The position numbers were made by a program, and so were the translations under genes. DNA of 64,000 bases, from the IMG/VR virus record IMGVR_UViG_3300030708_003042, positions 759 to 64,758 of that record. One strand, given 5' to 3'. Position 1 is the stretch's first letter; each line of letters begins with the position of its first letter. Shown here in pieces: positions 8,242 to 19,008 of this stretch. This DNA is from a virus (Duplodnaviria; Caudoviricetes). The notes under the pieces were generated by a model, which did no database searches, was not told the DNA's origin, and saw only the letters and a list, made by a program, of their open reading frames with translations.

Positions 8242-10482
8242 ATGGCAGTACCATTTCTAGCTGGATTAGCAAAAGGATTATTATCACAGGGTGCCAAGAA
8301 GGCTGCCACTAGTGCATTAAAAAATGCTGCCAAAGATAAAATCAAAAGTAAAGCAAAAGACTTTATTAAAAATAGAAGAAAGAAAGGTAAGGACAAAGAA
8401 GAATCATCTTTTGGTGGAGGAGGTAAAAAAGGTGGCGCTCTTGTAAAGGTGCTTGATGGTGGTGGTGTAAGTGCTATTGTAAAATCATCACCCCCTAAAG
8501 TTGAAGACCCTACATTAAAGACAGAGGGAAGTAAGATTGGTTTTGAGAAAATCAATATCAAGATTGAGAATATTGCTAAGATATCAGGGTCAATTGATGA
8601 TGCTCTCAAAGGACAGTACAAAGAAGATCTGGAGAGAAGGAAGAGAAGAAAGGCAGCATTAGCAAGACTTAGAAGAAGGAGAAGAGAAAAACTTCTTGAG
8701 GGTGGTAAGAAGGCATTTGATTCTGCTTCTGGTGTTCTTAGTGGTGTTGGAAAAGCATTCAACATCATGGATTTTATCAAGAATATATTGCTTGGTGGTC
8801 TTCTTCTGTTCTTGGTAAAGAACATTAAAAAAATTATTGATGCTTTAAACTTTGTTAAAAATAATGCTTATATTTTATTTGCATCTTTAAGGGCAGTACT
8901 CCAGGCATTCAGACTTGGTGGTTCAAAAGTATTACAATTTTTAAAATCTGTTCTTAAAGCCCCTGTCAATCTTATCAAGAATGGTTTCAAGGGATTCTTT
9001 AAATCCTTTGGAAACTTACTGAAGAAGGGTGGATCTGTCATTGGTAATGGATTAAGGAGAATTGGCAGTGCTTTATTTGATTTTGGTGCTGCTGCAATCA
9101 AAAGAATTAAAGATCTAGCAAGAGCAGTAGGTTCTGGATTAAAGAATGGATTCAAAGCAGCAAAAGATATATTTAATTATCTAAAAAACACAGCTCCACT
9201 TAAAAAATTAAAAAGTGCTCTTGCTAGTGGTGGTAAATTTTTAAAGAAAGCATTTGTCACACCAGTAGCAAAACTTGTTAAGAATTTAAGTTATACTAGA
9301 GTTGGTAATAAAGTAGTAGAGACAGCATTTGATGCAAGACTTGCTTTGAAAGAGGCAGGAAAAAAAGTAGCACCTGCTTTGAAAACAGGAAAAGAAATCC
9401 TTACTGCAGGAGCTGCAAGAGGTAAAGAACTACTAACTGCAGGAGCACAAAGGGGAAGAGAATTAGCAGGTGCTGTCAAAGATAAAGTAAGTCCTTTCCT
9501 CAGAAAATTCTTGGGAGAAAAAACTGCTAAGGAAGCAGCAGGTGCAGCACCATTCCTTAAAAAATTGAAGGGACCACTAAGCAAGATCAAGATACCAATT
9601 CTTGGTCCTGCAATTGTTCTTGCTGTAAACTTATTAGATCCAGAGGTAAGTGCAGAGGAGTCAATCTTCAGAGCACTTGGTACTGGTATTGGTGAAGTTC
9701 TGGGAACTCTCATACCTATCCCTGTTCTTGGCACACTTGTTGGTGGCATAGTTGGAGAGTATGGTGGTTCTTTACTTTATACTTTATTGAGAGGTGGTGG
9801 CATAAAGCAAGTTCAACAAAGGATAAGTAAAGATTTTATGAAGGTTCTTGATTTTGGTAAAAAGGGGTGGGAGTTTATCAAGGGTGGATTCACTAGACTA
9901 ACTGAAAAGATTTTAGAAGACCACTCATTCAATGTACCACTTGTTGGTAAAGTTCCTGATCCTAGAATATTTTTTAATCTTAAATTGATGGGTGATTTAT
10001 TAAAAGCATCATTCTTCCCAGATGGATTTAAGATGCCAAACTTACCAAAATCTAAACCAGTTGAAGAAGAAAATGATGATACAGAGAGAGGTAATATGGA
10101 GACAAATGATTCTGCCTCTGCTGATACATCAACATTAATTAAAAGTCCAAAAGAAACAGATGGCAATCCTGTCACACCAAATCCACCAAAGACTGAGACT
10201 GGTGGTTCAAATGGTCGCACCGCATTGGATGCACAGACACCAATTTCAAGAACACCAACATCACCTGTTTCAGCAAGAGTCTCTAAGAACTTAGAGCAAT
10301 ATCCTTCTTATGATGATAGCAATCAAAATTTAATTATTATCAATGACAGTCAAATGCCTAATACAAGTGTGCCCTTACCAAGAAGAGGTGGAAGAACAAC
10401 AATGCCAGGTGCTTCTACAACTGACATGTTAAATAGTTACTATAAACAACAACTCTTAGGGTTACTTTATAAAGTAGGATAA
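8242..10482 (+). CDS. Tape-measure-like protein 2
   Basis: Lys/Ala/Gly-rich amphipathic helices, 11-aa repeats GKE(I/L)LTAGA.R, Gly-rich hydrophobic segment, position before the hub gene. Confidence 0.6.
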   Translation: MAVPFLAGLAKGLLSQGAKKAATSALKNAAKDKIKSKAKDFIKNRRKKGKDKEESSFGGGGKKGGALVKVLDGGGVSAIVKSSPPKVEDPTLKTEGSKIGFEKINIKIENIAKISGSIDDALKGQYKEDLERRKRRKAALARLRRRRREKLLEGGKKAFDSASGVLSGVGKAFNIMDFIKNILLGGLLLFLVKNIKKIIDALNFVKNNAYILFASLRAVLQAFRLGGSKVLQFLKSVLKAPVNLIKNGFKGFFKSFGNLLKKGGSVIGNGLRRIGSALFDFGAAAIKRIKDLARAVGSGLKNGFKAAKDIFNYLKNTAPLKKLKSALASGGKFLKKAFVTPVAKLVKNLSYTRVGNKVVETAFDARLALKEAGKKVAPALKTGKEILTAGAARGKELLTAGAQRGRELAGAVKDKVSPFLRKFLGEKTAKEAAGAAPFLKKLKGPLSKIKIPILGPAIVLAVNLLDPEVSAEESIFRALGTGIGEVLGTLIPIPVLGTLVGGIVGEYGGSLLYTLLRGGGIKQVQQRISKDFMKVLDFGKKGWEFIKGGFTRLTEKILEDHSFNVPLVGKVPDPRIFFNLKLMGDLLKASFFPDGFKMPNLPKSKPVEEENDDTERGNMETNDSASADTSTLIKSPKETDGNPVTPNPPKTETGGSNGRTALDAQTPISRTPTSPVSARVSKNLEQYPSYDDSNQNLIIINDSQMPNTSVPLPRRGGRTTMPGASTTDMLNSYYKQQLLGLLYKVG

Positions 10483-11801
10483 TGCCAAAACTCACTGAAC
10501 CTGGTGATATTAAAGATTTTAGTATCAGTTCTAATTCTAAAGATTTTTCAATTGATATCTCACCCAGTGTTGTTGAGTTTAGATATTTTGAAAGTGTCTT
10601 ATCAAACACTGTAACTGCAACAGCAGCTGTTATTGATACTGGTGTGCAGGCAGATAGTAAGATTGGTGAAGGAAGTATAATTGATGCTCTGCCTATTAGA
10701 GGAGGAGAGAGAGTTGATATTATTGTAGTGGATAATTATGGTGAAGAAATTAAATTAGTGCTCTATGTGAATAGAGTAAGAAATGCAAATCCAGGAACAT
10801 CACAAGAGGTATTTTTTATTGACTTTTCCTCTGCAGAATACTTTGCTAATGAACAATTTAGAGTAACAAAGAGATATAAAGATGCTCCCATCTCTACTCA
10901 TGTATCAGATATTAGTAAAGCAATGGGGATTGCAAAGATAGATGTTGATGATACTGCTGGTAACTATAACTTCTATGGTAATGATAGAAAACCTTTCTAC
11001 ATCTTAACTTGGTTAGCATCTAAATCTATTCCAAGTTCCTCTGGACAAGGTACAGGACTTGGTGGTGCTGCAGGATTTATGTTCTATCAAACAAAAGATG
11101 GACACTTCTTTAAGTCAATTGATAATCTACTTGACCAAAGTGCTAAAAAGACTTATGTTTATACAGGAAGCATTGGACTCCCAGATGATGAAGACTATGA
11201 TGGAAAGATACTATCATATAATATAAAAGCAGATATTGATGTTCAACAAAATCTAGCACTGGGTGTTTATAACAATAGAACTATCTTCTTTGATCCAATG
11301 AGTTTTAGTTATGTTGTTCAAGGATTTAATGTTGATCAACAGGAAAGTAAAATTACAACTGCTGGAGATAAAGAAGCATCAGCAGCTAGACTTTTAAACC
11401 CACAATTACTTCAGACACCATCTAGACTCATGTCAAGAGTATTAGATGTGGGTTTTAATCAACCAGGAACTGGTGATGAGCAAATAAAAGCAGTCAAAGA
11501 TGCAGGTCAGTCAAAACCTAATGACAATAGTACAAAGAATCTTGTGCAATCTGTGATGAGATACAATCAATTGTTCACTATACAAACTGAAATTAAAGTT
11601 CCTGGTGATTTTTCTTTAAGGGCAGGTGATGTTGTCAAATGTGTCTTCCCTCAAATTGGACCAGAGGATACTAGTGGTCCAATAAATAATGAAACAAGTG
11701 GTGAGTATTTGGTTGCCCATGTGTGTCATAGAACCACACCTAAAGATACTTACTCAAGTCTCACATTGGTAAGAGATTCATATAGGACAAAGAATGATTG
11801 A
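10482..11801 (+). CDS. Baseplate hub protein, gp27/late-control-D-like
   Basis: FESVLSNTVTA, FMFYQTKDG.FFKSID, I.VPGDFSLRAGD, SG.YLV..VCH motifs; directly before gp5. Confidence 0.65.
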   Translation: MPKLTEPGDIKDFSISSNSKDFSIDISPSVVEFRYFESVLSNTVTATAAVIDTGVQADSKIGEGSIIDALPIRGGERVDIIVVDNYGEEIKLVLYVNRVRNANPGTSQEVFFIDFSSAEYFANEQFRVTKRYKDAPISTHVSDISKAMGIAKIDVDDTAGNYNFYGNDRKPFYILTWLASKSIPSSSGQGTGLGGAAGFMFYQTKDGHFFKSIDNLLDQSAKKTYVYTGSIGLPDDEDYDGKILSYNIKADIDVQQNLALGVYNNRTIFFDPMSFSYVVQGFNVDQQESKITTAGDKEASAARLLNPQLLQTPSRLMSRVLDVGFNQPGTGDEQIKAVKDAGQSKPNDNSTKNLVQSVMRYNQLFTIQTEIKVPGDFSLRAGDVVKCVFPQIGPEDTSGPINNETSGEYLVAHVCHRTTPKDTYSSLTLVRDSYRTKND

Positions 11802-14800
11802 TCAAGGTTTTCTCAAGTCACATTTTGTAGGAAGAGACGGATTTGTCTGGTGGATAGGACAGGTTGCGCCTAAAGAAACTTGGAAGAACAACTTTGGCAC
11901 TGGTGATTTAAAAGATCAACCAACTATTAATTCTGGATTTGGTGAGAGATATAGAGTTCGTATTATGGGTTACCATACTGCGAATAAAGAAGACCTTCCT
12001 GATAATGAACTTCCATTTGCCACAATAATGTATCCAGTCACTGCTGGTTCAGGCAGTGGTGGTGCATCTCAATCATCAAACATTACACAGGGTAGTTTTG
12101 TTTTTGGATTCTTCCTTGATGGGGAGGAAGCACAACAACCTGTCATCATGGGTGTGATTGGTTATAATGATTATCAAACTATAGTTGATGACATTCCAAG
12201 TGTTGGATTCAAACCATTCTATGGTCTTGATGAAAAGAAACCTCCAGGTGGAGAATTACTAAAAACAAATACAAGATCTGTTGCTACAGTTACTACTGCT
12301 AATGAACAAGGTGGTGGTGCATCTGCTGGTGGTAGAAATATAGCAGCAACTGATATTGTCAGTGCAGAAGCATCTAAAGGACTAAAGACAAAAAGAATAC
12401 ACAATGATGCTAATAATGCAGCTGAAAAAGTTGCAGATTATATCCCCTCTGCAGATTCAAATGAACTTCCTATAAAAGGAATGCAAAAAGCATTGCAGAA
12501 AGCAATTCAACAGGTTGAGACACTTAAAAGAACAATAAGAACTATTGGTGAAGAGCAGACTGATAGATTAAATGCAATTGAGGATGAGATCAATACAAAG
12601 ATAGAAGAAGCATCAACTGCTGTGGCTGGTGCCATCAAATATGTCTATCAGATGATTGAAGAAAACATCTTCAAGAAGATGGATCAAGCATTTAAGAAAG
12701 TTTTATCACTTACAAGACCAAGTGAAACTGAAATTGCAAAGACTACCACTGATAAGATAATAGAAACACTTGCTTGTTTCTTTAGGAAATTATTTGCTAG
12801 TTTGCTTGGGATGGTGAGAAACTTTATCAAGGAGACAGTTGATAAGGTAGTAAATGTTCCAACATGTTTTGTTGAGAAATTTGCAGGTAATGTTCTTGGA
12901 ACTGTAAGTGGATTCCTGGGTAGTGCAATGGACTCAATCCAGGGCATGGTAGAAGGTGTGGTTGACTTGGCAGGGCAAGGACTTGATCTTGCAGGTGATG
13001 TGATGGGTATGGTTGGTAACCTGTTGTCCTTTCTTAATTGTGATGATATTCCTGAGAACTCACCAGTTAGTGAGTGGAGTCATCTCTATGGATCAGGATC
13101 ACAATTTGGTAAAGGTGATGTAGCAAATGTAATTAATAAAGCAAAAGAATATGCTGGTGCAGTTCAACAAGGTGGTTTAGATGCACTTGATACATTTGAT
13201 TTTGCTAACAACACAAACTTCAGTAATATTCTTGATCCAAAGAGTCAGTTAGATGGTTGTATTACTGATGAGTTACCTTGTGGTCCTCCAGATCTTAACA
13301 TTTTTGGTTCAAAGCAAGGAATAGGTGCTGCTGGTAACCTTGTAGTCAATGCAGCTGGGTCTGTGATTGGTGTTGATATGCAGAGTTTTGGAGTTGGATA
13401 TGATGAACAAGCAAGGGCAAATGTTATTGATAAGTGTGGTAATGGAAAGGGTGCTGTTGTAAGACCTGTTTTTGGTAATGTAAATAATAACTTTCCAGAT
13501 GATAAAAAAAGAAAGAGAAGAACTGTTAATTCAGGAACACCTGCTCTTGCGCCAGATAATCTTGGATTTGGTCCATTTGATCCAAGTCCATATCCATTCA
13601 ATGAAAGTTTTGATGATTCAACAAGAAGAGATCCATACAGTCCTGAAACAAAAGCATTTGGAACACCTTCTTATGGTTTAGGACCTAGTTTCTCTAAGAT
13701 TGGTAAAAGATCTCCAAAGCAACAACTTTCAATTAGAGAGGAAGATAGCACTGTCAATTTTACAATTGAAACTTTCTCCATTCCTGTTGCAAAAACAAAA
13801 GAAAAACCTACAATTAAATTTGTTCTTCAGGATAAGTCAATCTTAAGAAATATTGACACTGATTTTGACTTTGCTCCTGATGATATATCTGGTCAAGGAG
13901 AACTTGTTGGTGGGCAAGTTGTTGTGGGCGCAGGGACTACAAGATCATTTCCAATTGCACCAAAAAGTTCCATCATTAAAGATGGACTTGAACTTCAATT
14001 TAGGGAAGCCTTTGAGGGTGGTCAGAGGCAGAGAGTTGTAAAGGATGAGAAATACATTGTTAGAGGATTTCAATTTGATGGTGAACCATTGTTCAATCCA
14101 TTAAAGATTAGTAATGATGGTAAGTGTGTGCAACTTGATGATGTATTTGGAAGAAAAATTATAAAAGAGAAAAAACAAACTATTATAAGAGATGCACCCT
14201 CAGTAGTTACTATTGGGTGGGATTTTGGCAACCAGAGAGAAAGAGATAGATTTAATGCTAATCCATCAACATACTTTAGGGACAAGATTAAAAATAATAA
14301 TAAAACTATTGAATTATTGGATGGACATGGTGATGATACTAATGCAACATTTGAAATTGAAAGAGGAGATGCAAGATTCAGTGATGATGGTCTTACAATT
14401 ATTGGTAAAGGAAGTGTTGGATGTAGATTAAAGTGGGATGACAATCCCAGAACTGCTGGAACAGCAATTAATGAAATTAGAATTGAAGGACCTACAGTTA
14501 GACATAATGGACCTGATACAACCTGGTCACAAGATGGTGAGAAGGGAGATGATTTTGAATCCTTCACTATGTCTACTGAAAATAGAATAGAAACATATTG
14601 GGTTGAAAAACTTGATCCAGGTAAAAGTGATAATGATTATGATGACTTGGTTATTTGTGCTAAGAGAGGTAGATTTAGATTACCAAATTCAAGTAAACTT
14701 AAAAAAGAAGGTGCTGTCATTTATGAATTGACTGATGATGATGTAATACCAAGTGATGATGAACCAGTTGTTCCTTCAGTAATTCCAGCACCAACTACAC

Positions 14801-16164
14801 CTGCGATACCAGGAGGATATACATTCCCATCATCTGGTCCAACAGATGGTGGTATTCCTGGCATTTTGACACCTGGACCAAGTGTCAATTCAACATTCCA
14901 TCCATTCCCAGGATCTACTACTTTGGGACCAGGTAAGTGGGTTCCTGGTCCTATTCCACCTGGTGGTGGTGGACCTCATGTTGGACCTGCTGTGTTCATT
15001 CATGATGGAAAATTATTTGGTGAACTGACTAGCCAACAGGGAACACCATTTCCAGGTACTGGTCCCATAGGTGGATTTGCTCCATCCACTGGTGGAGGAG
15101 GAGGTGCTCCTGGAAGTATTACTCCTGGAAGCATCCCACCATCATGGGATCCTGGAGGTATTGGTGGTGGAGCTGGTGGTGGTCCTGGCAGTATTCCACC
15201 AGGTGGATTTGGTCCTGGTCTTGGACCTCCAAGTGATGATCCTACTGCACCACCTGGATCAATTGGACCTGGAGACGCTACTCCAGGTGGATTTGGTCCT
15301 GGTGACCCAGGAGGTATTGCTCCTGGAAGTGACCCAGGAGGTATAGCTCCTGGAGGAGGTGGTGGTGGCATTCCAATCACTGTTCTGCCACCTGGACCTG
15401 GTACTTTCTATCCAGATAAAACACCAAATTATGGTCCTATTGTAGGAATACCTGTCTATCCTGGCACTATGGTTCCACCTGAACTTGGTGGTATAACTGG
15501 ACCTGGTATTGGCATTGTTGATATCATTGTTGAGGATGGTGGATCTGGATACTTACCAGGACCTGATGGTAGCACTGGTGGTGATGGAAGAACTTATTCT
15601 GGTCCTAATGAGACAAGAATTACATATAGTGATGGTGTGAAAGAAATACCAGCAGAACCTGGAACAAGAATTTGTCTTGATGAAGGTGACATTGTTATTT
15701 TGCCCATAGGAACCACTGTTACAACTGAACCATTTGACGGTCAAGGTGGTGGTGAAGTAATTAAAGGTGGTGCTCCTCATGTCATGCAAAGACCTGGATG
15801 TCTTACTACACCTGATGGTGGTGAAAAACCACCATCTGAAAATACTTACCCTGTTTTAATGTATCTTTGTGATGTTATTGTCAAGAAACCAGGTTTTGGA
15901 TACAAGAACACAGACAAGGTTGTAATTGATCCAGACATGGGTGCTGAAGCAGAGTTGGTTGTTGATAAGTTTGGAAGAATCTCAGATGTTATTATTACCA
16001 AACCTGGTGAAGGATTCCAAGTCTTGCCAACTATCACAGTTGAAAGTTTAACTGGTCAAAAAGCAGAATTGTTAGCAAAACTTTGCATAGATAGAGTGAG
16101 AGATATCTCACTTGTGGATCAGGAAAAAGTCATTCAAGTTGTAGATTGTGTAGGTAAGTTTTAA
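11794..16164 (+). CDS. gp5: Baseplate central spike gp5-like protein (OB-fold N-terminus, no lysozyme domain recognised, Pro/Gly-rich insertion)
   Basis: WWIGQV...RYRVRIMGYH...LP.A....P...GSFVFGFFLDG...QQPVIMG gp5 OB-fold motif. Confidence 0.85.
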   Translation: MIDQGFLKSHFVGRDGFVWWIGQVAPKETWKNNFGTGDLKDQPTINSGFGERYRVRIMGYHTANKEDLPDNELPFATIMYPVTAGSGSGGASQSSNITQGSFVFGFFLDGEEAQQPVIMGVIGYNDYQTIVDDIPSVGFKPFYGLDEKKPPGGELLKTNTRSVATVTTANEQGGGASAGGRNIAATDIVSAEASKGLKTKRIHNDANNAAEKVADYIPSADSNELPIKGMQKALQKAIQQVETLKRTIRTIGEEQTDRLNAIEDEINTKIEEASTAVAGAIKYVYQMIEENIFKKMDQAFKKVLSLTRPSETEIAKTTTDKIIETLACFFRKLFASLLGMVRNFIKETVDKVVNVPTCFVEKFAGNVLGTVSGFLGSAMDSIQGMVEGVVDLAGQGLDLAGDVMGMVGNLLSFLNCDDIPENSPVSEWSHLYGSGSQFGKGDVANVINKAKEYAGAVQQGGLDALDTFDFANNTNFSNILDPKSQLDGCITDELPCGPPDLNIFGSKQGIGAAGNLVVNAAGSVIGVDMQSFGVGYDEQARANVIDKCGNGKGAVVRPVFGNVNNNFPDDKKRKRRTVNSGTPALAPDNLGFGPFDPSPYPFNESFDDSTRRDPYSPETKAFGTPSYGLGPSFSKIGKRSPKQQLSIREEDSTVNFTIETFSIPVAKTKEKPTIKFVLQDKSILRNIDTDFDFAPDDISGQGELVGGQVVVGAGTTRSFPIAPKSSIIKDGLELQFREAFEGGQRQRVVKDEKYIVRGFQFDGEPLFNPLKISNDGKCVQLDDVFGRKIIKEKKQTIIRDAPSVVTIGWDFGNQRERDRFNANPSTYFRDKIKNNNKTIELLDGHGDDTNATFEIERGDARFSDDGLTIIGKGSVGCRLKWDDNPRTAGTAINEIRIEGPTVRHNGPDTTWSQDGEKGDDFESFTMSTENRIETYWVEKLDPGKSDNDYDDLVICAKRGRFRLPNSSKLKKEGAVIYELTDDDVIPSDDEPVVPSVIPAPTTPAIPGGYTFPSSGPTDGGIPGILTPGPSVNSTFHPFPGSTTLGPGKWVPGPIPPGGGGPHVGPAVFIHDGKLFGELTSQQGTPFPGTGPIGGFAPSTGGGGGAPGSITPGSIPPSWDPGGIGGGAGGGPGSIPPGGFGPGLGPPSDDPTAPPGSIGPGDATPGGFGPGDPGGIAPGSDPGGIAPGGGGGGIPITVLPPGPGTFYPDKTPNYGPIVGIPVYPGTMVPPELGGITGPGIGIVDIIVEDGGSGYLPGPDGSTGGDGRTYSGPNETRITYSDGVKEIPAEPGTRICLDEGDIVILPIGTTVTTEPFDGQGGGEVIKGGAPHVMQRPGCLTTPDGGEKPPSENTYPVLMYLCDVIVKKPGFGYKNTDKVVIDPDMGAEAELVVDKFGRISDVIITKPGEGFQVLPTITVESLTGQKAELLAKLCIDRVRDISLVDQEKVIQVVDCVGKF

Positions 16165-16778
16165 TGTCATCCAAGATCAATTATGAAGCCTATAGATTAG
16201 GCACAAAAGATGGTGAGATCAAGTTTGGTCACCTCTCAGAGAATCAGCAGATTTATTCAGTCTATCTGAATAATTACATGACTGACTCACCACATTACAT
16301 TGCTATGGTTCAGACAGGTGAAAATGATTGGCAGAGAGATAGCACTCTTTGTAGATCAGCAGGTTCTTTTGCTGTTGTTGCTGGTGACAGAGCAAAAGAT
16401 GGAACACCATCAATTAATTTAACTGCAAATAGTGGTGACATTGTTCTTAAAGCACCTAATGGTAGGATTAGATTAAGTGCAAAAGACATTGAGTTGGTTA
16501 GCACTGGAGACACTGGTGAAAATGGTAACATCAGACTAAAAGCAAATGAAAAAATTATCTTAGATGCTGGACAAATTATAGATATTCATGCTAAAGTATC
16601 TGTTAAAATTGTATCAGATAAAGATGTTGAATGTATTGCTAGAAATATTTTGAATTTGATTGGCAATTTTGTAAACATGACAGATGGTAATGATGCTGCA
16701 TCTGCTGCTCTTGGAAGAGTTAGAAAGGGTGGTTCAGTTACAGATGCAAGAGAAGGTGCTGCATCAATCGCAGGATAG
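16164..16778 (+). CDS. Putative gp5 C-terminal beta-helix-like spike protein
   Basis: Alternating beta pattern (GDIVLKAPNGRIRLSAKDIEL); TAATG coupling to gp5. Confidence 0.5.
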   Translation: MSSKINYEAYRLGTKDGEIKFGHLSENQQIYSVYLNNYMTDSPHYIAMVQTGENDWQRDSTLCRSAGSFAVVAGDRAKDGTPSINLTANSGDIVLKAPNGRIRLSAKDIELVSTGDTGENGNIRLKANEKIILDAGQIIDIHAKVSVKIVSDKDVECIARNILNLIGNFVNMTDGNDAASAALGRVRKGGSVTDAREGAASIAG

Positions 16779-16787
16779 GAGGTAAAG

Positions 16788-17471
16788 ATGGCACAAACAG
16801 GTCAATTTCATGTTGGTGGACAATTAGAAGTTGGTGAAGGTAAACCAGAACAATTTGGTAGAGGCGTCACTAAAGTAAGAGGGAGTGCTTACATTGAGGG
16901 TCCAGAGATGGTTGGTGACCCATCTCAGTTTGCTGTCCCAGTTTATGAGAGAGCAAGTCTGATGGCAGGACAAACTGCTAACCCTGATGTTGCATCACCA
17001 GCATTTACTGGTACTCCTTTCTATGCATTCTTTGCCTCTACATTTGCTAGGATTAAAGGTTTCCTTAAGATTGATACTCTTCTAACAGTAAAGGTTATCA
17101 AGTCAAAAGTAATCTATGCTGAAGTGATCATGGCAAAGATCAAAAACTTTGCTATTCCACATCCAACTCTTCCCAATACAAATCTTGTTTATGCATGTCT
17201 TGAGGGACCAGAGAATGCTGTCTATGTGAGAGGAGTGTTAAGAAACAAAGACACTATTCAGTTACCAGATGTCTGGAAGGATATTGTCTCTCCAAATTCT
17301 ATTACAGTATCTCTTACATCAGTTGGTATTGATCAGGGACTGATGGTCAAGAGAGTTGCAAATAATCAAGTGGTAGTACAGGCAAAACCAGGTCTTCCCA
17401 TTCATTGCCACTATCATATCTTTGCAGAAAGAAATGATGTAGAAAAACTTATAACAGAGGTTCCATTATGA
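16788..17471 (+). CDS. Tail-associated protein with K.F.I.HP...LEGPE..VY.RG C-terminal domain (paralogue 1)
   Basis: Domain shared with the next gene. Confidence 0.55.
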   Translation: MAQTGQFHVGGQLEVGEGKPEQFGRGVTKVRGSAYIEGPEMVGDPSQFAVPVYERASLMAGQTANPDVASPAFTGTPFYAFFASTFARIKGFLKIDTLLTVKVIKSKVIYAEVIMAKIKNFAIPHPTLPNTNLVYACLEGPENAVYVRGVLRNKDTIQLPDVWKDIVSPNSITVSLTSVGIDQGLMVKRVANNQVVVQAKPGLPIHCHYHIFAERNDVEKLITEVPL

Positions 17472-18334
17472 GTTGGGAAAGTCTTTTTCCAGGAAATCCA
17501 AAGGGTGGTGTAGAGGGTTCTCTTCCATTTAGATTTGAAAACTTTGGTACGTTTGCTGGTCCACAGAATAGTTCTACGAACTATGACTATGATAAGATGA
17601 GTATTGAGGGCACTTGGCCTGAATCAGTTCCTGGAGACTATGCATTCAAGAATGTAGATCTTGGTGCTTATCTTTACAATAATGAGACAAATTATGTTGG
17701 ATTCCATTGTGATGGAGTCTCAACAGCACAGATGTACCTTCAGCATAGTGCTGGTAATATTCCAATCTTTAATGTACTTGCAGATACTACTAATGTTTTA
17801 GGTAATATCAATGTTGTTGGCAATATTGTAGCAACTGGTAATATTACTTGCACTGGTAAGTTTATTTTTAATGGTACAATGCAACTCACTGGACTGGGTG
17901 ATGTTGCTCAAAAAGTTTTATCAGTTGAGGCAGTTGCTAATAGTAAAAAGTCTTTTGATATTTCACATCCATCAAAAGATGGGCATAGACTCAGATATAT
18001 TTGTCTTGAGGGTCCAGAAGCAGAAGTTTATCTCAGAGGAAAATTAAAAGGAGATAATAAAATTGAGCTCCCTCATGTTTGGAGAGATTTAGTTGATCTT
18101 GAGACTTTAGGTGTAACCCTTACACCTCATGGGTGCTATCAAGAATTGTTTGTTGAGAAGATTCAATGGGGAACTCAAATTACAATTAAGAATAATCTAT
18201 CTGGTCCAATTGATTGTTCCTATGTTGTTTATGGCAGAAGAAAAGATACACCAAGAAACATTCCTGAGTATGAGGGCTTGACACCAGCAGACTATCCAGG
18301 TGATAATAGTGAATATACGATTAATGGTAAGTGA
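17468..18334 (+). CDS. Tail-associated protein with K.F.I.HP...LEGPE..VY.RG C-terminal domain (paralogue 2)
   Basis: Short beta-repeat stretch NVLGNINVVGNIVATGNI followed by the shared domain. Confidence 0.55.
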   Translation: MSWESLFPGNPKGGVEGSLPFRFENFGTFAGPQNSSTNYDYDKMSIEGTWPESVPGDYAFKNVDLGAYLYNNETNYVGFHCDGVSTAQMYLQHSAGNIPIFNVLADTTNVLGNINVVGNIVATGNITCTGKFIFNGTMQLTGLGDVAQKVLSVEAVANSKKSFDISHPSKDGHRLRYICLEGPEAEVYLRGKLKGDNKIELPHVWRDLVDLETLGVTLTPHGCYQELFVEKIQWGTQITIKNNLSGPIDCSYVVYGRRKDTPRNIPEYEGLTPADYPGDNSEYTINGK

Positions 18335-19008
18335 ACAAAGTACATGAGTTATTTCCTTTAGTAGTTTACCAAGGTAGTATTGATTGTCATGATGAATTTA
18401 AAGAAAACAATCTTGATTCTCTTCGTGACTACTGGTTTAATGGATATGAAAATGAAAGTCCTGAGTATTCAGGAAGAATTTTTGCACATCTAAACCCTAA
18501 CTATAAGGTATTCTTTGACTCATTAAAGAAAAATCTAGATGAATATCTTCAACATCTTAATGTAAATCACAATCTTATTAACTACCACATTGTTAAAACT
18601 TGGGTAGGATATCATAAGGATGATGAAACTCCATCAATCCCCTCTCACTTTCACAATGAATCAAACATTAGTTTTGTTTACTATTTGAAAACAGATACAT
18701 CATCTGATAAGTTCTGTGTATCACAGTCTAGTAATTGTAATGAAATTGCTGGAGGACTATTTGAAACTGCTGACAGAAAGAATACTCTTATTGGATTCAA
18801 CAAATATAATTGTAATCACTACACAATTACTCCAATAGAGGGGACAGTATTATTATTTCCTAGTAAAACTCTTCATCACACTCAGAAATTTGCAAGGAGA
18901 AATGATGAAAGAATTGTTATTGCAGGAGATATTCGTATCACATTGAGGAAAAATAATGCAGACTACCATCAAGGATGTACACACCCAAGTCAGTGGTTGG
19001 AATTATGA
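18331..19008 (+). CDS. 2OG-Fe(II) oxygenase-like protein (TIGR02466-like), GTG start
   Basis: W.....HFH..SNISFVYYL and P.EG..LLFPS...H double-stranded beta-helix pattern. Confidence 0.7.
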   Translation: MNKVHELFPLVVYQGSIDCHDEFKENNLDSLRDYWFNGYENESPEYSGRIFAHLNPNYKVFFDSLKKNLDEYLQHLNVNHNLINYHIVKTWVGYHKDDETPSIPSHFHNESNISFVYYLKTDTSSDKFCVSQSSNCNEIAGGLFETADRKNTLIGFNKYNCNHYTITPIEGTVLLFPSKTLHHTQKFARRNDERIVIAGDIRITLRKNNADYHQGCTHPSQWLEL

